NCBI GenBank assembly: GCA_947627655.1 | Contig: CANQWW010000001.1 | Span: 1-48,131 of the forward strand | Reading direction: 5' to 3' | Source: an uncultured Acinetobacter sp. | GTDB taxonomy: Bacteria; Pseudomonadota; Gammaproteobacteria; Pseudomonadales; Moraxellaceae | DNA: 48,131 bases | Part shown: in pieces, positions 1 through 12,022 of the stretch | How positions within the stretch are numbered: position 1 is the stretch's first letter | Layout: each line of letters begins with the position of its first letter | Position numbers and translations under genes: made by a program | Notes under the pieces: generated by a model | Databases searched by the model: none | The model's input: only the letters and a program-made list of their open reading frames with translations | What the model was told of the DNA's origin: nothing

Positions 1-1261
1 CCTGTGCCAGTAGCTCGAATGCATAATCACTTTCCAGCAGTACCGGACGCTCCAGCAAAGCATCATAGGCTGCTTTGAGCTGGGATGAGAATTCATGGAT
101 CCCCTGCGAGGCACGATTATCGGTATGTGCCATCAGTTCAGCAGCTTGCTGACTTAACAATTCGATATAGGCCGGGTATTCGTCCTGGGCACGGGTATCA
201 AATTCGAATTCCGCATCCAGTAACTGGTCAATATTCAGCTCAACCAGTCGTGTCACCAGCCCCTGAGATTGGGCGGCATCCTGTTCTTCGGCTTTAGTAA
301 AGCCATAAGCGTTCCAGGCATCGTCAAAAGTACGATAAATCGCATCAAGTTTTGCTGCATCATTTTGCTTTAACAGGTGCAGGTAATCACTGACAAATTC
401 TGAATATTGTTGCAGCAGGGCCATTTCTCTGGAAGCTGAAGAAATTTCATCCTGTACCAGCGTCTTGAACAGATTCTCAATTTTGACACTGGCCTCACAA
501 ATCTGGTCGATCTGTGCCATGGATGAACTGCCACGCAAGGTATGCAGGGCACGAATCAAACTGTTGTAATCCTGCTTGGTATTGTCTTCATGTTGCAGGA
601 ATTCATGCAAGGTGGCCAAATGCTCTGCTGCCTCTTCCACAAAGATGGCCACAGTTTCTTCAATATCGCTGCGCTGTGCTGCAAGCACTTCAACTTCATC
701 TTGCTCTGTCACTGAGGAAGGTTCAACAGCATCCGCCAGCTCTAGACCGGTGTACTGGTTTTCGGCTGTCAAACTGTCTGCCAGCTGTAATAGTTCTTCC
801 AGTGCAGGCTCTGGTGTCAGCTGCTGCTGCAGTTGCTGACCCAGCAACACGACCGGGCGTAAATCTACAGTTAAATGCTGGACCTGCTTGAAGCACGGGT
901 ACAGGATATATTGATAAATATTTAAGCTTGCCTGAGCAAACTTCTGAATGGTCGGCGTCAGGGAAATTGAACCGGACAGCACCCGATTGAGGGTGTCTTC
1001 AACGGCCCAGGCCATTTCGCCCGCCTGTTTTGCCCCCACCATCCGGCCGGAGCCTTTTAAAGTATGAAAATGGCGGCGAATGGTCGTAAGGGTTTCCTGG
1101 TGATCAGGCGTAGCAAGCCACTGTGGAAACAGAGCATTTAACTCGACAAAAATCTCTTCGATCTCTTCGACAAAAATCTCTAAAATTTCAGCATCCTGAT
1201 CAAGATAACTATCTTCAGGTAATGCTATCATTTCTACTAAATCTTTTAATATTTCTTTCAT
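1..1261 (-). CDS. chpA: Pil-Chp chemosensory Hpt-domain histidine kinase ChpA (PilL), N-terminal part only; runs off the window's left edge
   Basis: Not in the ORF track because it has no stop in the window. Manual translation from the ATG at 1261 gives MKEILKDLVEMIALPEDSYLDQDAEILEIFVEEIEE...RRHFHTLKGSGRMVGA (Hpt motif), with a second Hpt motif ALHTLRGSSSM near 520-550. The frame is open in the segments checked, including the window edge. It lies directly downstream of pilJ. Confidence 0.9.
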   Translation of the reverse strand, partial: MKEILKDLVEMIALPEDSYLDQDAEILEIFVEEIEEIFVELNALFPQWLATPDHQETLTTIRRHFHTLKGSGRMVGAKQAGEMAWAVEDTLNRVLSGSISLTPTIQKFAQASLNIYQYILYPCFKQVQHLTVDLRPVVLLGQQLQQQLTPEPALEELLQLADSLTAENQYTGLELADAVEPSSVTEQDEVEVLAAQRSDIEETVAIFVEEAAEHLATLHEFLQHEDNTKQDYNSLIRALHTLRGSSSMAQIDQICEASVKIENLFKTLVQDEISSASREMALLQQYSEFVSDYLHLLKQNDAAKLDAIYRTFDDAWNAYGFTKAEEQDAAQSQGLVTRLVELNIDQLLDAEFEFDTRAQDEYPAYIELLSQQAAELMAHTDNRASQGIHEFSSQLKAAYDALLERPVLLESDYAFELLAQ

Positions 1262-1377
1262 AGCAAAGGCTTCTTACGTTTTGCCGCCAAGCAAGGCGTC
1301 CAACTTCATGATAACTGTCAGGTGTGACCTAACCAGTGAAGTTAAGTCCATCTTGTCGAGGCTGGATCTGTAATTGA

Positions 1378-1407
1378 GATGTGTCTTCACCTCAGTCAAG
1401 ACACATC
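1378..1407 (-). other. Intercistronic stem-loop between pilJ and chpA
   Basis: 10-bp inverted repeat GATGTGTCTT...AAGACACATC, extendable past one mismatch; no U-tract. Confidence 0.5.
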
Positions 1408-1429
1408 CTTTCCCCCAAAATTCTCTGAC

Positions 1430-3502
1430 TTATTCTGGAAGTTTAAAGTCAGATACAGATTCACGTAATGCATCGGCCATGTTTGCAAGTTCAGATACCG
1501 AACGTGCTGTATCAAAGGTTGCAGTCGTCGTTTGAGACGTAATTTCCTGTACGACATTCATCGTAGTGGCGATATGACCCGCAGACGCTGCCTGCAGTTT
1601 CGCTGCATCGGAAATGTTCGCAATCAGTTTCGCCAGGTTATTCGATACCGTCTGAATTTCATCTAGCGCCACACCCGCATCCTTGGACAAGTTCGCACCA
1701 CGCACAACCTCGGCAGTGGTATGTTCCATCGAAATTACGGCTTCATTGGTATCGGTCTGAATGGTTTTTACCAGGCCTTCAATCTGCTTGGTTGCCGATG
1801 CCGAACGTTCCGCAAGACGCTGAACCTCGTCCGCAACCACGGCGAAACCGCGACCTGCCTCACCGGCCATAGATGCCTGAATCGCAGCGTTCAATGCCAA
1901 GATGTTGGTCTGGTCAGCAATATCGTTAATCAGGGCAACGATGTTACCAATCTCTTGTGAAGACTCACCAAGACGTTTAATACGTTTTGAAGTTTCCTGA
2001 ATCTGTTCACGAATGGTATCCATACCGGCAATCGAACGGTTTACCACATCTGCACCATTGGCGGCAATCTGTACCGAACGCTCCGCAACCACGGCAGACT
2101 CTTCTGCGTTGGCAGATACCTGGTCAATCGACAGTGCCATTTCGTTAATCGCTGCAGATGCACCGGCAATTTCTTGCGCCTGATGTTCAGATGCTTCCGC
2201 CAACTGGTTGGTAATACTTTGCGTCGTTGCCGTATATTGCGCTACTTCCTGAGACGTTTCAGTAATACGCGACACCAGGTCACGCAACTGATCAATCGCA
2301 AAGTTAATGGAGTCGGCAATTGCACCGGTAAAGTCTTCCGATACAGTTGCGTATGAACGTAAGTCACCATCTGCCAGGTCGGCAATCTCATCCAGTAAAC
2401 GTAAAATCGCATTCTGGTTACGGTCATACTCTTCTTGCAGGCGGGTTACACGCTGTTTATCCGATGCTCCACGCAGACCCAACAGTTTGAATACACAAAT
2501 CAGGAAGCCAGTTAATAATAGAATCAGCAAGATCGCTGGAGCTGCAGTTTTCCAGCCACTATTGCCTGACAGTTTGTTCAGGTTATTTAAAAGCTCATCC
2601 GACTGGGCGAAAATGGACGCAGATGCCTGACGTACTTTTACAATTTGTGCTGAGTTTTGCAAAATAGTCGACGCGGCAGCCAGCAGGACTTCATCATATT
2701 CTGTCTTGATGCCTTCCAGGGTTTCACGCAGGTTTGGATCATCAATCCGCTGTACGCCCAGTTGTGCAGAACCGCTTAATTGTGCATTCAGATAAGAACC
2801 AAAAGTCTCGGTATCGGCACTGAAGTCATCGGCAGATTCACGCGAGCTATCCGTACCGGTCAATACCAGACTGATCGAACGCAAAATACGTTCAGCAATG
2901 AAGACCTGGTTTTTAGCAATCACCACCTGGTTCGATGGCATATTCTGATGGGCCATCTGGTCCACCATCAGGTTATATTCGGCCTGAATTCCCGGAATCG
3001 TTTCACCAATCGCAATGTTGGTATCATACAGCTGGTTAATAATTTTTTGTTGTGAAGCAATCAGCTCAATATTGGAAGAGACTTCTTGCCATTGCTGGTC
3101 TACGGTCCGCATCGCTTCATTATTGGCATGAATGCTTTTGACTGTTTCCAGGTTTTCAGCAAAAGAATTTTGCGAATCGGTCAGATTTTTCATGGCTTCA
3201 GGTGTACCTGAAGCAGTTGCCTCAGTCGCCTGACGCGAAATCGTTTGTGAAAGCAGACGCAGATCACCCAGGCTACGGGTTAGCTCGTTCCCGCGCGGCA
3301 CACTGTAGAAAAGATATAATAAGGTGATGGTTGCGGCCAACAGGCAGCCAATTGCCCCATAAATATAAGGTTTAGACTTCTCACTATCACCAAATACACG
3401 TGATAACTGATCGGTTTGTGATTGAATCTTTGCAAATAAGGCATTGCCGCGTTTACGGCCTCCGCCCTCACCTGTATTTTTTTTCTTAAGCTTAAAGCCC
3501 AT
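1430..3502 (-). CDS. pilJ: Type IV pilus methyl-accepting chemotaxis transducer PilJ
   Basis: Two TM segments, HAMP region, MCP signalling motif [33 protein letters not shown]; position in the pilGHIJ cluster. Confidence 0.95.
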   Translation of the reverse strand: MGFKLKKKNTGEGGGRKRGNALFAKIQSQTDQLSRVFGDSEKSKPYIYGAIGCLLAATITLLYLFYSVPRGNELTRSLGDLRLLSQTISRQATEATASGTPEAMKNLTDSQNSFAENLETVKSIHANNEAMRTVDQQWQEVSSNIELIASQQKIINQLYDTNIAIGETIPGIQAEYNLMVDQMAHQNMPSNQVVIAKNQVFIAERILRSISLVLTGTDSSRESADDFSADTETFGSYLNAQLSGSAQLGVQRIDDPNLRETLEGIKTEYDEVLLAAASTILQNSAQIVKVRQASASIFAQSDELLNNLNKLSGNSGWKTAAPAILLILLLTGFLICVFKLLGLRGASDKQRVTRLQEEYDRNQNAILRLLDEIADLADGDLRSYATVSEDFTGAIADSINFAIDQLRDLVSRITETSQEVAQYTATTQSITNQLAEASEHQAQEIAGASAAINEMALSIDQVSANAEESAVVAERSVQIAANGADVVNRSIAGMDTIREQIQETSKRIKRLGESSQEIGNIVALINDIADQTNILALNAAIQASMAGEAGRGFAVVADEVQRLAERSASATKQIEGLVKTIQTDTNEAVISMEHTTAEVVRGANLSKDAGVALDEIQTVSNNLAKLIANISDAAKLQAASAGHIATTMNVVQEITSQTTTATFDTARSVSELANMADALRESVSDFKLPE

Positions 3503-3547
3503 AGAGCCTCTCCCCGAATTTACGCCCGCTGAGTATCGTGCGACAAA

Positions 3548-4084
3548 TTAATTTATAAATTTTATAGCTGCATTCATATATTTTGGATTTTGCAACAATC
3601 GACTGAACAGAAACACATGCCATTGCTGATGGTGCTGATGAAAATAGCCCTGACAGTATTCTTGCAGGTGCTGATCCAATTCAGTATTTTTAGAAAAGAA
3701 ACTTTTCTTATTAAAATGTTGAATCCCCAAAACCTGGTCAACGACCAGACCGACATATTGTTCATTATGGTGAATACATAAAACTTTTTGAGCAGGTGAA
3801 TATTGGCTTTTATGTCCAGCTATATATTGTGCCAAATCAGAAACTGCCAGTAATCTGCCCCGAATATTTGCCAGTCCCTGGACCCAAGGCTGGGTATTTG
3901 GAACCGGCGTATATGTCGGTGGATAGATGACTTCAGCTACTTCCCCCAGCGGAGCAACAAAATATTGCCCCATCATCTCAAAAGCTATGCCTGACCATCG
4001 GTTTGCTTCATTTTCATTGGAAACGTAGTTTTTATTACCCCGTTTAGCAATGCGAAGCAGTTCGATAAATCCGTTCGCTGCCAT
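3548..4084 (-). CDS. pilI: CheW-like adaptor PilI
   Basis: CheW motif VPNTQPWVQGLANIRGRLLAVSDL; lies between pilH and pilJ. Confidence 0.92.
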   Translation of the reverse strand: MAANGFIELLRIAKRGNKNYVSNENEANRWSGIAFEMMGQYFVAPLGEVAEVIYPPTYTPVPNTQPWVQGLANIRGRLLAVSDLAQYIAGHKSQYSPAQKVLCIHHNEQYVGLVVDQVLGIQHFNKKSFFSKNTELDQHLQEYCQGYFHQHHQQWHVFLFSRLLQNPKYMNAAIKFIN

Positions 4085-4103
4085 AGCATTTTATCCTACA
4101 TTT

Positions 4104-4472
4104 TTATTCTACATTGAGGTGTTGCTTGATCACATCAATTAACTGGTTTTCGTCTACCGGTTTGGTGAGATAGTCTGCCGCCCCCTGACGTTTCCCCCAG
4201 ACCCGGTCAGTCGCCTGATCTTTGGTGCTGACTATTACAATCGGAATATGCTTTGTGGTCGCTCCACGTGCGATCTGGCGTGTCGCCTGAAATCCGTTGA
4301 CGCCTGGCATCACCACATCCATCAACACCAGATCAGGCAATTCCGCCTGTGCCATGGTCACCCCATCGGCACCATTGGATGCTTCCAGCACTTCAAAACC
4401 GTTTTTATTCAAAATTTCACGAAAACGGAAGGTTTCTGTTGGTGAATCATCAACTATTAGAATACGTGCCAT
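4104..4472 (-). CDS. pilH: Twitching motility response regulator PilH
   Basis: Single receiver domain MARILIVDDSPT...DVVMPGVNGFQATR...DRVWGKRQGA. Start placed at the ATG at 4472, after a G-rich RBS. Confidence 0.93.
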   Translation of the reverse strand: MARILIVDDSPTETFRFREILNKNGFEVLEASNGADGVTMAQAELPDLVLMDVVMPGVNGFQATRQIARGATTKHIPIVIVSTKDQATDRVWGKRQGAADYLTKPVDENQLIDVIKQHLNVE

Positions 4473-4499
4473 GCCCCTGTCCCCCAAAAAATTATAAAA

Positions 4500-4883
4500 T
4501 TAAGCACCGATATGGTTGCGGATTGCATTTAGCAACTCATCTTTACTGAATGGCTTGGTCAGATATTCATCTGAACCGACCACACGCCCCTTGGCCTGGT
4601 CGAACAAACCATCTTTACTTGATAGCATAATAACAGGAGTGTTCTGATAATTTTGAGAGTTTTTAATCAAGGCACATGTTTGATAACCGTCTAGGCGCGG
4701 CATCATGATATCCACAAAAACAATATCCGGATTTGACTCTGCAATTTTAGATAATGCTTCGAAACCATCTACTGCAGTGATCACTTCACAACCTTCACGC
4801 TGAAGAAGAGTTTCTGCTGTACGACGAATAGTTTTTGAATCATCAATGACCATGACTTTTAGGTTTTGGAATTTATCGTCCAT
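4500..4883 (-). CDS. pilG: Twitching motility response regulator PilG
   Basis: KVMVIDDSKTIRRTAETLL...DIMMPRLDGYQTCALIK...SSKDGLFDQAKGR, typical of PilG. Confidence 0.96.
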   Translation of the reverse strand: MDDKFQNLKVMVIDDSKTIRRTAETLLQREGCEVITAVDGFEALSKIAESNPDIVFVDIMMPRLDGYQTCALIKNSQNYQNTPVIMLSSKDGLFDQAKGRVVGSDEYLTKPFSKDELLNAIRNHIGA

Positions 4884-5193
4884 TATTTAACCCTTCCCCT
4901 TATTAGAAACTATAAGCGCGATCAGGCTTATAGCAGAACTTTAAAATGATTTTGGATTATATTTAACATATCTGTCTTGGCATTATCAATGAACATTTTC
5001 TACCCAAGTCGTCAGAATTTTCTTATTTCAATAACAGATTCACACTTTCTTCGGTCCAATGATTTTTTTTGACAGACGCTAGTTTTTTATTGTCATAATA
5101 AAGACTAATATATCGCCATTATTACTTTAAAATAAGTATTTTAGTCAACTTTAAAATTACGATATTAATCAAATTTTATTTTGGGGATCAAAC

Positions 5194-5847
5194 ATGAGTC
5201 AGTGTTCGGAACAACCTGTATCTACTGATCAGGCAAAATCCATTCTGCGAAGAACGACCGTGCTGCTTGTCCTCTTGCTACAGGCCACGCTTACCCTTGC
5301 CAGCGCCTCAAGCGATACTCCAGCTAAAGCAAAATGGTATCGTTATTATGACAGCAAAGGGATTGCCAATATCAGCAGCAACGTGACCCCAAACCATATC
5401 CGCTATGGTTATGAAGCGCTAGATCAAAACATGCAGGTGATCCAGCGGGCCAAACCTTATAACGTCGAGGCTGATATTCGCCAGGCGCCAAAACGTGCGG
5501 CGCAAGCACAGCAGCAGGCTGAAGACTTAAGAATTAAACGTGCCTATAATAATAGTCATACTGCACGCCAGAAAAAGAATGAAACCTTGGCACAGCTGAA
5601 AAAACAGATCACTTTTCAGCAGGAGCAGCTAAAACAGTTACAAAATGACCGAATCATGTTTATCCGTCAGGAACGTGAGTTCTTGCGTAAAGGTCAAAAT
5701 GTGCCAGCACATCTAAAAACCACACTAACCAATAATGAAAAAAACCTGAACGCCCAAAAAGAAAATATTCAATCTTTACAAAGTCGCTATCGAAACAAAG
5801 AAGCAGAATACGACAGAATTATCCAGCGTTTAAAAGCACTGGAATAA
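5194..5847 (+). CDS. Hypothetical exported protein (DUF4124-like N-terminus plus long coiled coil)
   Basis: Hydrophobic signal-like segment, WYRYYDSKG motif, Q/K/E-rich heptad region; GGGG RBS upstream. Confidence 0.75.
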   Translation: MSQCSEQPVSTDQAKSILRRTTVLLVLLLQATLTLASASSDTPAKAKWYRYYDSKGIANISSNVTPNHIRYGYEALDQNMQVIQRAKPYNVEADIRQAPKRAAQAQQQAEDLRIKRAYNNSHTARQKKNETLAQLKKQITFQQEQLKQLQNDRIMFIRQEREFLRKGQNVPAHLKTTLTNNEKNLNAQKENIQSLQSRYRNKEAEYDRIIQRLKALE

Positions 5848-5897
5848 TTTTGCATTCCTGATGCAGCTTCTCTAGAAAGCGCGATAAAAGGACTCCT

Positions 5898-7025
5898 ATG
5901 CACCCTGCACCGTATACTCATGTTTTTACCAAAACCTGCCGCGCTACTTTTGTCTTCAGCCTGCTCTGTACGAGTCTGCTGTTAAGTGCATGCAGCCAAC
6001 AGGATGCTGAACCGGCTTCTCCCCCAGTTCAGCAAAAGATTGAACTGATCGCCCAGGATCTGGTGGCCGTGAAAACCGGGAATGCCGTGCAGCGAACCAG
6101 CTTTAGCGGTACGATTCGTGCTATTAATCAAAGCAGCATCCAGGCTCAGGTGACGGCAACCGCCAGCAGTGTCAATGCCCAAGTCGGCCAGCGGGTCCAG
6201 AAAGGTCAGGTGCTGGTGCAATTAAATAATCAAGATAATACCGCCCGTCTTGCACAGGCTCAGGCCAATCGCGCCTCGGCCCAGGCCCAGGCCAATCAGG
6301 CCCGGGTGATGATGGAGCGTAAACAACGCTTATTGAATCAGGGTTTTATTTCCAAAGCTGAATATGAGCAAAGCCGGGTTGACTATCAGACTCAGCTGGA
6401 AAATGTGCGCGCGCAACAGGCCAATGTCGATATTGCACAAAAAGCGGATCGTGATGGCGTCATTCGCAGTCCAATCAGTGGTGTGGTGACCCAGCGTCAG
6501 GTCGAACCTGGTCAAACGGTTTCTGCCGGTCAGACCCTTTTTGAAATCATCGATCCAGATCAACTAGAAATCCAGGCCAAAGTACCAAGTGATATGCAGG
6601 CTGATCTCAAAGTCGGTAGCAAGCTTGAATATCGTCTTCAAGGCAATCCAAATCTGTTGACTGCGACGATCAGCCGGATTTCGCCAATTGCCGATCAGGC
6701 CAGCCGTCAAATCGAATTCTTTGCACGGCCGCATGAAACCATCACCTCACTCAGCATAGGCGCTTTTATTGAAGGGGAGATCCTCAGTGCGCGCCAGGTG
6801 TCTGGTCAGCTGATTCCGCTGGATAGTATCCGCGATATACAGCAACAGCCTTATGTCTGGGTGATCCGTCAGCATAAAATCCTCAAGGTCAATGTAGACG
6901 TCTTGGAACAACGTTATAACGATAATCTCGCGGTGGTTCGTGGTCTTGAAAACAGTGATCAGATCAGCCGTGTCAGCTTCACGGATGCCGATATCCATAA
7001 AACCGTCAGCATCGGCCAAAACTAG
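5898..7025 (+). CDS. RND efflux periplasmic adaptor (membrane fusion protein), lipoprotein
   Basis: Lipobox LSAC; lipoyl half-motifs (GQRVQKGQVLVQL; IRSPISGVV...GQTVSAGQTLF) flanking an alpha-hairpin. Confidence 0.92.
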   Translation: MHPAPYTHVFTKTCRATFVFSLLCTSLLLSACSQQDAEPASPPVQQKIELIAQDLVAVKTGNAVQRTSFSGTIRAINQSSIQAQVTATASSVNAQVGQRVQKGQVLVQLNNQDNTARLAQAQANRASAQAQANQARVMMERKQRLLNQGFISKAEYEQSRVDYQTQLENVRAQQANVDIAQKADRDGVIRSPISGVVTQRQVEPGQTVSAGQTLFEIIDPDQLEIQAKVPSDMQADLKVGSKLEYRLQGNPNLLTATISRISPIADQASRQIEFFARPHETITSLSIGAFIEGEILSARQVSGQLIPLDSIRDIQQQPYVWVIRQHKILKVNVDVLEQRYNDNLAVVRGLENSDQISRVSFTDADIHKTVSIGQN

Positions 7026-7045
7026 ATTATTAAAGGATTAATAAG

Positions 7046-10000
7046 ATGTGGTTGACGCGTATTAGTGTGAAGTTTCCCGTATTTACTATCATGATGATGT
7101 TCTGTCTGATGGTGCTGGGCCTAGCCTCCTGGCAACGTATGGGCGTAGAAGAGTTTCCAGATGTCGATTTTCCCTTTGTGGTAATTTACACCAGCTATCC
7201 AGGTGCATCACCAGAAACCGTAGAATCTGAGATTACCAAAAAGCTGGAAGACCAGATTAATACCATTTCTGGTCTCAAGCAGGTCATTTCCCAGTCCAGT
7301 GAAGGTCTGTCGATGATTACGGCAGAATTTAACCTGGATATTCCGTCCCCGACCGCTGCCCAGGATGTCCGCGACAAGATTGCCTCCGTGACCGCCGAGT
7401 TCCGCGATGAGATTCAGGAACCTATAGTGGAACGTTATGACCCTTCTGCCAATGCGGTAATGTCAGTGGTCTTTGAATCCGATACTATGGATTTAAAATC
7501 GCTGAGCTCTTATCTGGATCAGCGTATCGTACCGCAACTGCGCACGGTTCCCGGCGTAGGTACAGTCAACCTGCTGGGTGATGCCCCGCGTCAAATCCGG
7601 ATTCAGGTGGAACCACAAAAGCTGCAAGCCTTTGGCATTGGCGTAGATAGTGTCATCAATACCTTAAAATCAGAAAACATTGAATTACCTGGTGGAACAT
7701 TGAAGTCGGGTAATTCAGAGCTGGTCGTTGAAATTAATGCCAAGGTTTTACATCCGCTGGCCTTTGGTGACCTGGTGATTGCCAATAAAAATGGCGCACC
7801 GATTTTCCTGCGACAAGTCGCCCAGATCGAAGACAGCCAGGCTGAACTAGAAACGGGAGCCTTTTTAAATGGCAAAGCTGCTGTGGCCGTCGACATTCTG
7901 CGCAGCTCAGATTCCAATGTGATTGAAGTCGTCGATCAGACGTATAAAACCCTGGAAAACATCAAGGCTCAATTGCCGCAAGGCACCAGCTTGAATGTGG
8001 TGGTGGACTCATCCAAGAGTATCCGTGGCACCATCGGTGATGTCGCCCGTACTATTATTGAAGGTGCGGTACTGGCGGTGCTGATTGTTCTGCTGTTCCT
8101 TGGTTCTTTCCGCTCTACGGTGATTACCGGCATGACCTTACCGATTGCCCTGCTGGGGACACTGACCTTTATCTGGGCTTTTGGTTTTAGCATCAACATG
8201 ATGACCCTGCTCGCGCTCTCACTCAGTATCGGCTTGCTGATTGATGACGCCATTGTGGTGCGGGAAAATATCGTGCGGCATGCAGATATGGGCAAGGATC
8301 ATGTCACTGCTGCACTGGATGGGACTAAGGAAATCGGCCTGGCGGTTCTGGCCACCACCCTGACCATTGTTGCGGTATTTTTACCTGTTGCCTTCATGGG
8401 TGGAATTATTGGCCGCTTCTTCTACCAGTTCGGGGTCACGGTCAGTATTGCCGTGCTGATTTCGATGTTTGTCAGTTTTACCCTAGATCCGATGCTGTCT
8501 GCCCACTGGGCGGAAAAGAAAAAAGACCCGAATAAGCAGCCGGGCCGGGTGAAACGTTTTTTTAGCTGGATTTCTAATAAGCTGGACAACTTAAGCCATG
8601 TCTATGAAAAACTGCTCAAGCTTGCCCTGCGCTTTAGAGTCATTACCTTATTAATCGCAGTGGCTTCGCTGTTTGGCGCGCTTGGATTGTCAAAAATGAT
8701 TGGGACCGAGTTTGTACCTGTGCCAGACAAAGGTGAAATCCGGATTAAATTTGAAATGCCGGTCGACGCCTCACTGGAATATTCTCAAGCGAAGCTACAG
8801 CAGGTTGATCGGATTCTGCATCAGCATCCGGATGTACAGGCCACGTATGGCGTGATCAACGGCGTGACGGATCGCGGTAAGAATCATGTCAGTATTCGGG
8901 TGACGGTCACCCCACGTACCGAACGTGAGAAAACCCTGACCGATCTGAACAATGAGTTCCGCGATCGTCTGCAGTCGGTGGCCGGGATTAGCATTACCTC
9001 GGTCGCCTCTGCCGATGAAACTGTCTCTGGTGGGCAAAAGCCGATTATGATTTCGATTAAAGGCCCAGATCTGGATGAATTACAAAAGATCTCCGATCGC
9101 TTTATGCAGGACATGGCCAAAATTGAAGGGATTGTTGATCTGGAAAGTTCATTAAAAGAACCCAAACCAACCTTGGCAATACAAATCAACCGGGTGCTGG
9201 CCAGTGATTTAGGCCTCTCGGTTAATCAGATTGCCAACGTGATCCGTCCTTTGATTGCCGGTGATGATGTCACCACCTGGCAGGATAAAAAAGGCGAAAG
9301 CTATGATGTGAATCTGCGTTTAAGTGAAGACCGGCGTAGTTTGCCCACTGATATCCAGAACCTATACCTCAGCTCCTCTAAAACCGATGCCAATGGTCAG
9401 CCGATTATGGTGCCTTTGTCGAGTGTGGCAAAACTGGAAGAAAAATTCGGTGCCTCGCAAATTAACCGTCGTGATCTGGCCCGGGAAGTTCTGGTCGAAG
9501 CCAATACGGCTGGACGTCCTGCGGGTGATATTGGTCGGGATATTGAAAAATTGCAGGCTGACTTCGACTTACCGCCCGGCTATAGTTTTGATACCCAAGG
9601 CTCAAATGCGGATATGGCCGAATCTGCCGGCTATGCGTTGACGGCGATTACCCTGTCGATCGTGTTTATTTATATTGTGCTCGGATCACAGTTCAACAGC
9701 TTTATCCACCCGGCTGCGATTATGGCGTCATTACCCTTGTCATTGATCGGCGTATTCCTTGCGCTGTTTCTGTTTAATTCGACCATGAACCTGTTCTCGA
9801 TCATCGGCATTATCATGCTGATGGGTCTGGTGACCAAGAATGCCATTCTGCTGATCGACTTTATCAAGAAAGCCATGGACCGAGGTGAAGAGCGTTATGA
9901 TGCCATTATCGCCTCGGGTAAAACCCGTTTACGTCCAATCCTGATGACCACCAGCGCGATGGTCATGGGCATGGTGCCGCTAGCTCTGGGTCTAGGTGAA

Positions 10001-10153
10001 GGTGGTGAACAAAGTGCGCCTATGGCCCATGCTGTGATTGGAGGCGTCATTACTTCTACTCTGCTAACCTTGGTGGTTGTTCCCGTGATCTTTACCTATC
10101 TGGATGACTTTAAGAATTTTATGCTGCGCCAAGTACGTAAAATCATGTCATAA
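7046..10153 (+). CDS. RND efflux transporter permease (AcrB/HAE1 family)
   Basis: 1035 aa; TM4 motif [16 protein letters not shown]10 [18 protein letters not shown]. Confidence 0.95.
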   Translation: MWLTRISVKFPVFTIMMMFCLMVLGLASWQRMGVEEFPDVDFPFVVIYTSYPGASPETVESEITKKLEDQINTISGLKQVISQSSEGLSMITAEFNLDIPSPTAAQDVRDKIASVTAEFRDEIQEPIVERYDPSANAVMSVVFESDTMDLKSLSSYLDQRIVPQLRTVPGVGTVNLLGDAPRQIRIQVEPQKLQAFGIGVDSVINTLKSENIELPGGTLKSGNSELVVEINAKVLHPLAFGDLVIANKNGAPIFLRQVAQIEDSQAELETGAFLNGKAAVAVDILRSSDSNVIEVVDQTYKTLENIKAQLPQGTSLNVVVDSSKSIRGTIGDVARTIIEGAVLAVLIVLLFLGSFRSTVITGMTLPIALLGTLTFIWAFGFSINMMTLLALSLSIGLLIDDAIVVRENIVRHADMGKDHVTAALDGTKEIGLAVLATTLTIVAVFLPVAFMGGIIGRFFYQFGVTVSIAVLISMFVSFTLDPMLSAHWAEKKKDPNKQPGRVKRFFSWISNKLDNLSHVYEKLLKLALRFRVITLLIAVASLFGALGLSKMIGTEFVPVPDKGEIRIKFEMPVDASLEYSQAKLQQVDRILHQHPDVQATYGVINGVTDRGKNHVSIRVTVTPRTEREKTLTDLNNEFRDRLQSVAGISITSVASADETVSGGQKPIMISIKGPDLDELQKISDRFMQDMAKIEGIVDLESSLKEPKPTLAIQINRVLASDLGLSVNQIANVIRPLIAGDDVTTWQDKKGESYDVNLRLSEDRRSLPTDIQNLYLSSSKTDANGQPIMVPLSSVAKLEEKFGASQINRRDLAREVLVEANTAGRPAGDIGRDIEKLQADFDLPPGYSFDTQGSNADMAESAGYALTAITLSIVFIYIVLGSQFNSFIHPAAIMASLPLSLIGVFLALFLFNSTMNLFSIIGIIMLMGLVTKNAILLIDFIKKAMDRGEERYDAIIASGKTRLRPILMTTSAMVMGMVPLALGLGEGGEQSAPMAHAVIGGVITSTLLTLVVVPVIFTYLDDFKNFMLRQVRKIMS

Positions 10154-10166
10154 TTCCCAATCATGT

Positions 10167-10204
10167 AATGAGGTGACATTCAAGAATGTTCGCCTCATTT
10201 TTTA
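10167..10204 (+). terminator. Rho-independent terminator after the RND gene
   Basis: Hairpin AATGAGGTGACATTC/GAATGTTCGCCTCATT followed by a T run. Confidence 0.65.
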
Positions 10205-10249
10205 TTGTATAATCTCTGCTTTAACGCTTAATTTTTTAGGACAGTTTCC

Positions 10250-11968
10250 ATGCGCGCGAGTCGCTTTTTATTTGCAACGTTAAGAGAAACCCCGAACGAT
10301 GCTGAAGTTATTTCACATCAGCTCATGCTTCGTGCCGGTATGATTCGTAAATTGGCTTCAGGCTTGTACACCTGGTTGCCGATGGGCGTTCGCGTATTAA
10401 ATAAAGTTGCAGCGATCGTTCGCGAAGAAATGAATAATGCGGGTTCACTGGAAGTCTTGATGCCCGTGACTCAACCTGCTTCTCTGTGGGAAGAATCTGG
10501 TCGTTACGTACAGTATGGTCCTGAATTATTACGCTTTAAGGATCGTCATAGCAATGACTTTGTACTTGGCCCAACCCATGAAGAAGTGATTACCGATCTT
10601 GCACGTAATGAATTAAAAAGCTACAAGCAATTGCCTGCAAACTTCTACCAAGTACAAACCAAATTCCGTGATGAGATTCGCCCACGTTTTGGCGTGATGC
10701 GTTCACGTGAATTCATCATGAAAGATGCCTACTCTTTCCATGCTGACCAAGAATCACTGCAAGAAACTTACGACAACATGTACGAAGCATACTGCAAGAT
10801 CTTTACTCGCTTAGGTCTGGATTTCCGTCCAGTACAAGCGGATACCGGTTCAATCGGTGGTTCAGGTTCGCATGAATTCCATGTATTGGCTTCAAGTGGT
10901 GAAGATGATATCGCATTCTCTACAGAATCTGACTATGCAGCCAACGTTGAGATGGCTGAAGCCGTTCTAGTAGGTGAACGTGCTGCGCCGACTCAAGAGC
11001 TGAAAACTGTTGATACGCCAAACCAGAAAACCATTGCTGATGTATCGACTTTCTTAGGTACTGACCCTTCACATTCAGTCAAAGCATTACTGGTTCAAGG
11101 TGTTGCAACTGAAGCAGATAAAGTAGCACCAGTAGTGGCCTTATTCCTGCGTGGCGATCATGAACTGAATGAAATTAAAGCTGAGAAACATCCTTTAATT
11201 GCTGCTCCTCTTGCATTTGCAACTGAAGAGCAATTACAAGCACTTGGTTTAACAGCTGGTTTTGTCGGTCCTCAAGGTCTAGTAGAAAAAGGCCTGACCG
11301 TGATTGTTGACCGTGCAGCTTCTGTACTTTCCGACTTTGTTGCAGGTGCAAACGCAGCAGACCAGCATGCGACTGGCGTAAACTGGGAACGTGATGCACA
11401 GTTTACCGAAGTCTATGACTTGCGTAATGTGGTTGAAGGCGACCCATCTCCAGATGGTAAAGGCACACTGCAAATTAAACGTGGTATTGAAGTCGGTCAT
11501 ATTTTCCAGTTAGGTCAAAAATACTCTGAAGCATTGGGCTGTAAAGTCCTAGGCAAAGATGGCAAACCAGCTGTTGTCACAATGGGTTGTTACGGTATCG
11601 GTGTGACGCGTGCAGTTGCATCTGCTATTGAGCAAAACTATGACGAAAAAGGCATTATCTGGCCTGAAGCAATTGCTCCTTTTGAAGTTGCCATCGTACC
11701 GATGAATGCACACAAATCGCCACGTACTCTAGAAGCTGCTGAAGCGCTGTATGCAGAACTACAAGCTGCTGGTTTCGACGTACTGCTGGATGACCGTGAT
11801 GAACGTCCAGGCGTGAAATTCTCTGATCTTGAGATTACCGGTATTCCACACCGTATCGTGATTGGAGAGAAAGGGCTCGATGCTGGTACTTTTGAATATA
11901 AAGGTCGCCGTGATGCAGAGTCTGTAAACTTATCGCAAGAAGAATTATTGGCAAAAATTGCAAAATAA
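10250..11968 (+). CDS. proS: Proline--tRNA ligase
   Basis: Class IIa motifs ([31 protein letters not shown]), editing insertion domain, anticodon-binding domain. Confidence 0.98.
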   Translation: MRASRFLFATLRETPNDAEVISHQLMLRAGMIRKLASGLYTWLPMGVRVLNKVAAIVREEMNNAGSLEVLMPVTQPASLWEESGRYVQYGPELLRFKDRHSNDFVLGPTHEEVITDLARNELKSYKQLPANFYQVQTKFRDEIRPRFGVMRSREFIMKDAYSFHADQESLQETYDNMYEAYCKIFTRLGLDFRPVQADTGSIGGSGSHEFHVLASSGEDDIAFSTESDYAANVEMAEAVLVGERAAPTQELKTVDTPNQKTIADVSTFLGTDPSHSVKALLVQGVATEADKVAPVVALFLRGDHELNEIKAEKHPLIAAPLAFATEEQLQALGLTAGFVGPQGLVEKGLTVIVDRAASVLSDFVAGANAADQHATGVNWERDAQFTEVYDLRNVVEGDPSPDGKGTLQIKRGIEVGHIFQLGQKYSEALGCKVLGKDGKPAVVTMGCYGIGVTRAVASAIEQNYDEKGIIWPEAIAPFEVAIVPMNAHKSPRTLEAAEALYAELQAAGFDVLLDDRDERPGVKFSDLEITGIPHRIVIGEKGLDAGTFEYKGRRDAESVNLSQEELLAKIAK

Positions 11969-11975
11969 TTTTCTG

Positions 11976-12019
11976 AAGAAATAAAAAAATCCCGCCAATG
12001 CGGGATTTTTTTATTTCTT
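11976..12019. terminator. Bidirectional intrinsic terminator between proS and the convergent four-gene cluster
   Basis: Perfect 20-bp inverted repeat AAGAAATAAAAAAATCCCGC-CAAT-GCGGGATTTTTTTATTTCTT. Confidence 0.9.
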
Positions 12020-12022
12020 GAT

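Noticed and set aside
85-891. Short ORFs in the track at 85-297, 370-552, 514-891 and 576-839
   Set aside because: They are shadows of chpA, which occupies 1-1261 on the minus strand and has clear Hpt motifs.
1143-1181. 15-bp direct repeat TCGACAAAAATCTCT with a 24-bp period
   Set aside because: It lies inside chpA and encodes EIFVE-EIE-EIFVE. With only two copies in coding sequence, it is not a CRISPR or a regulatory array.
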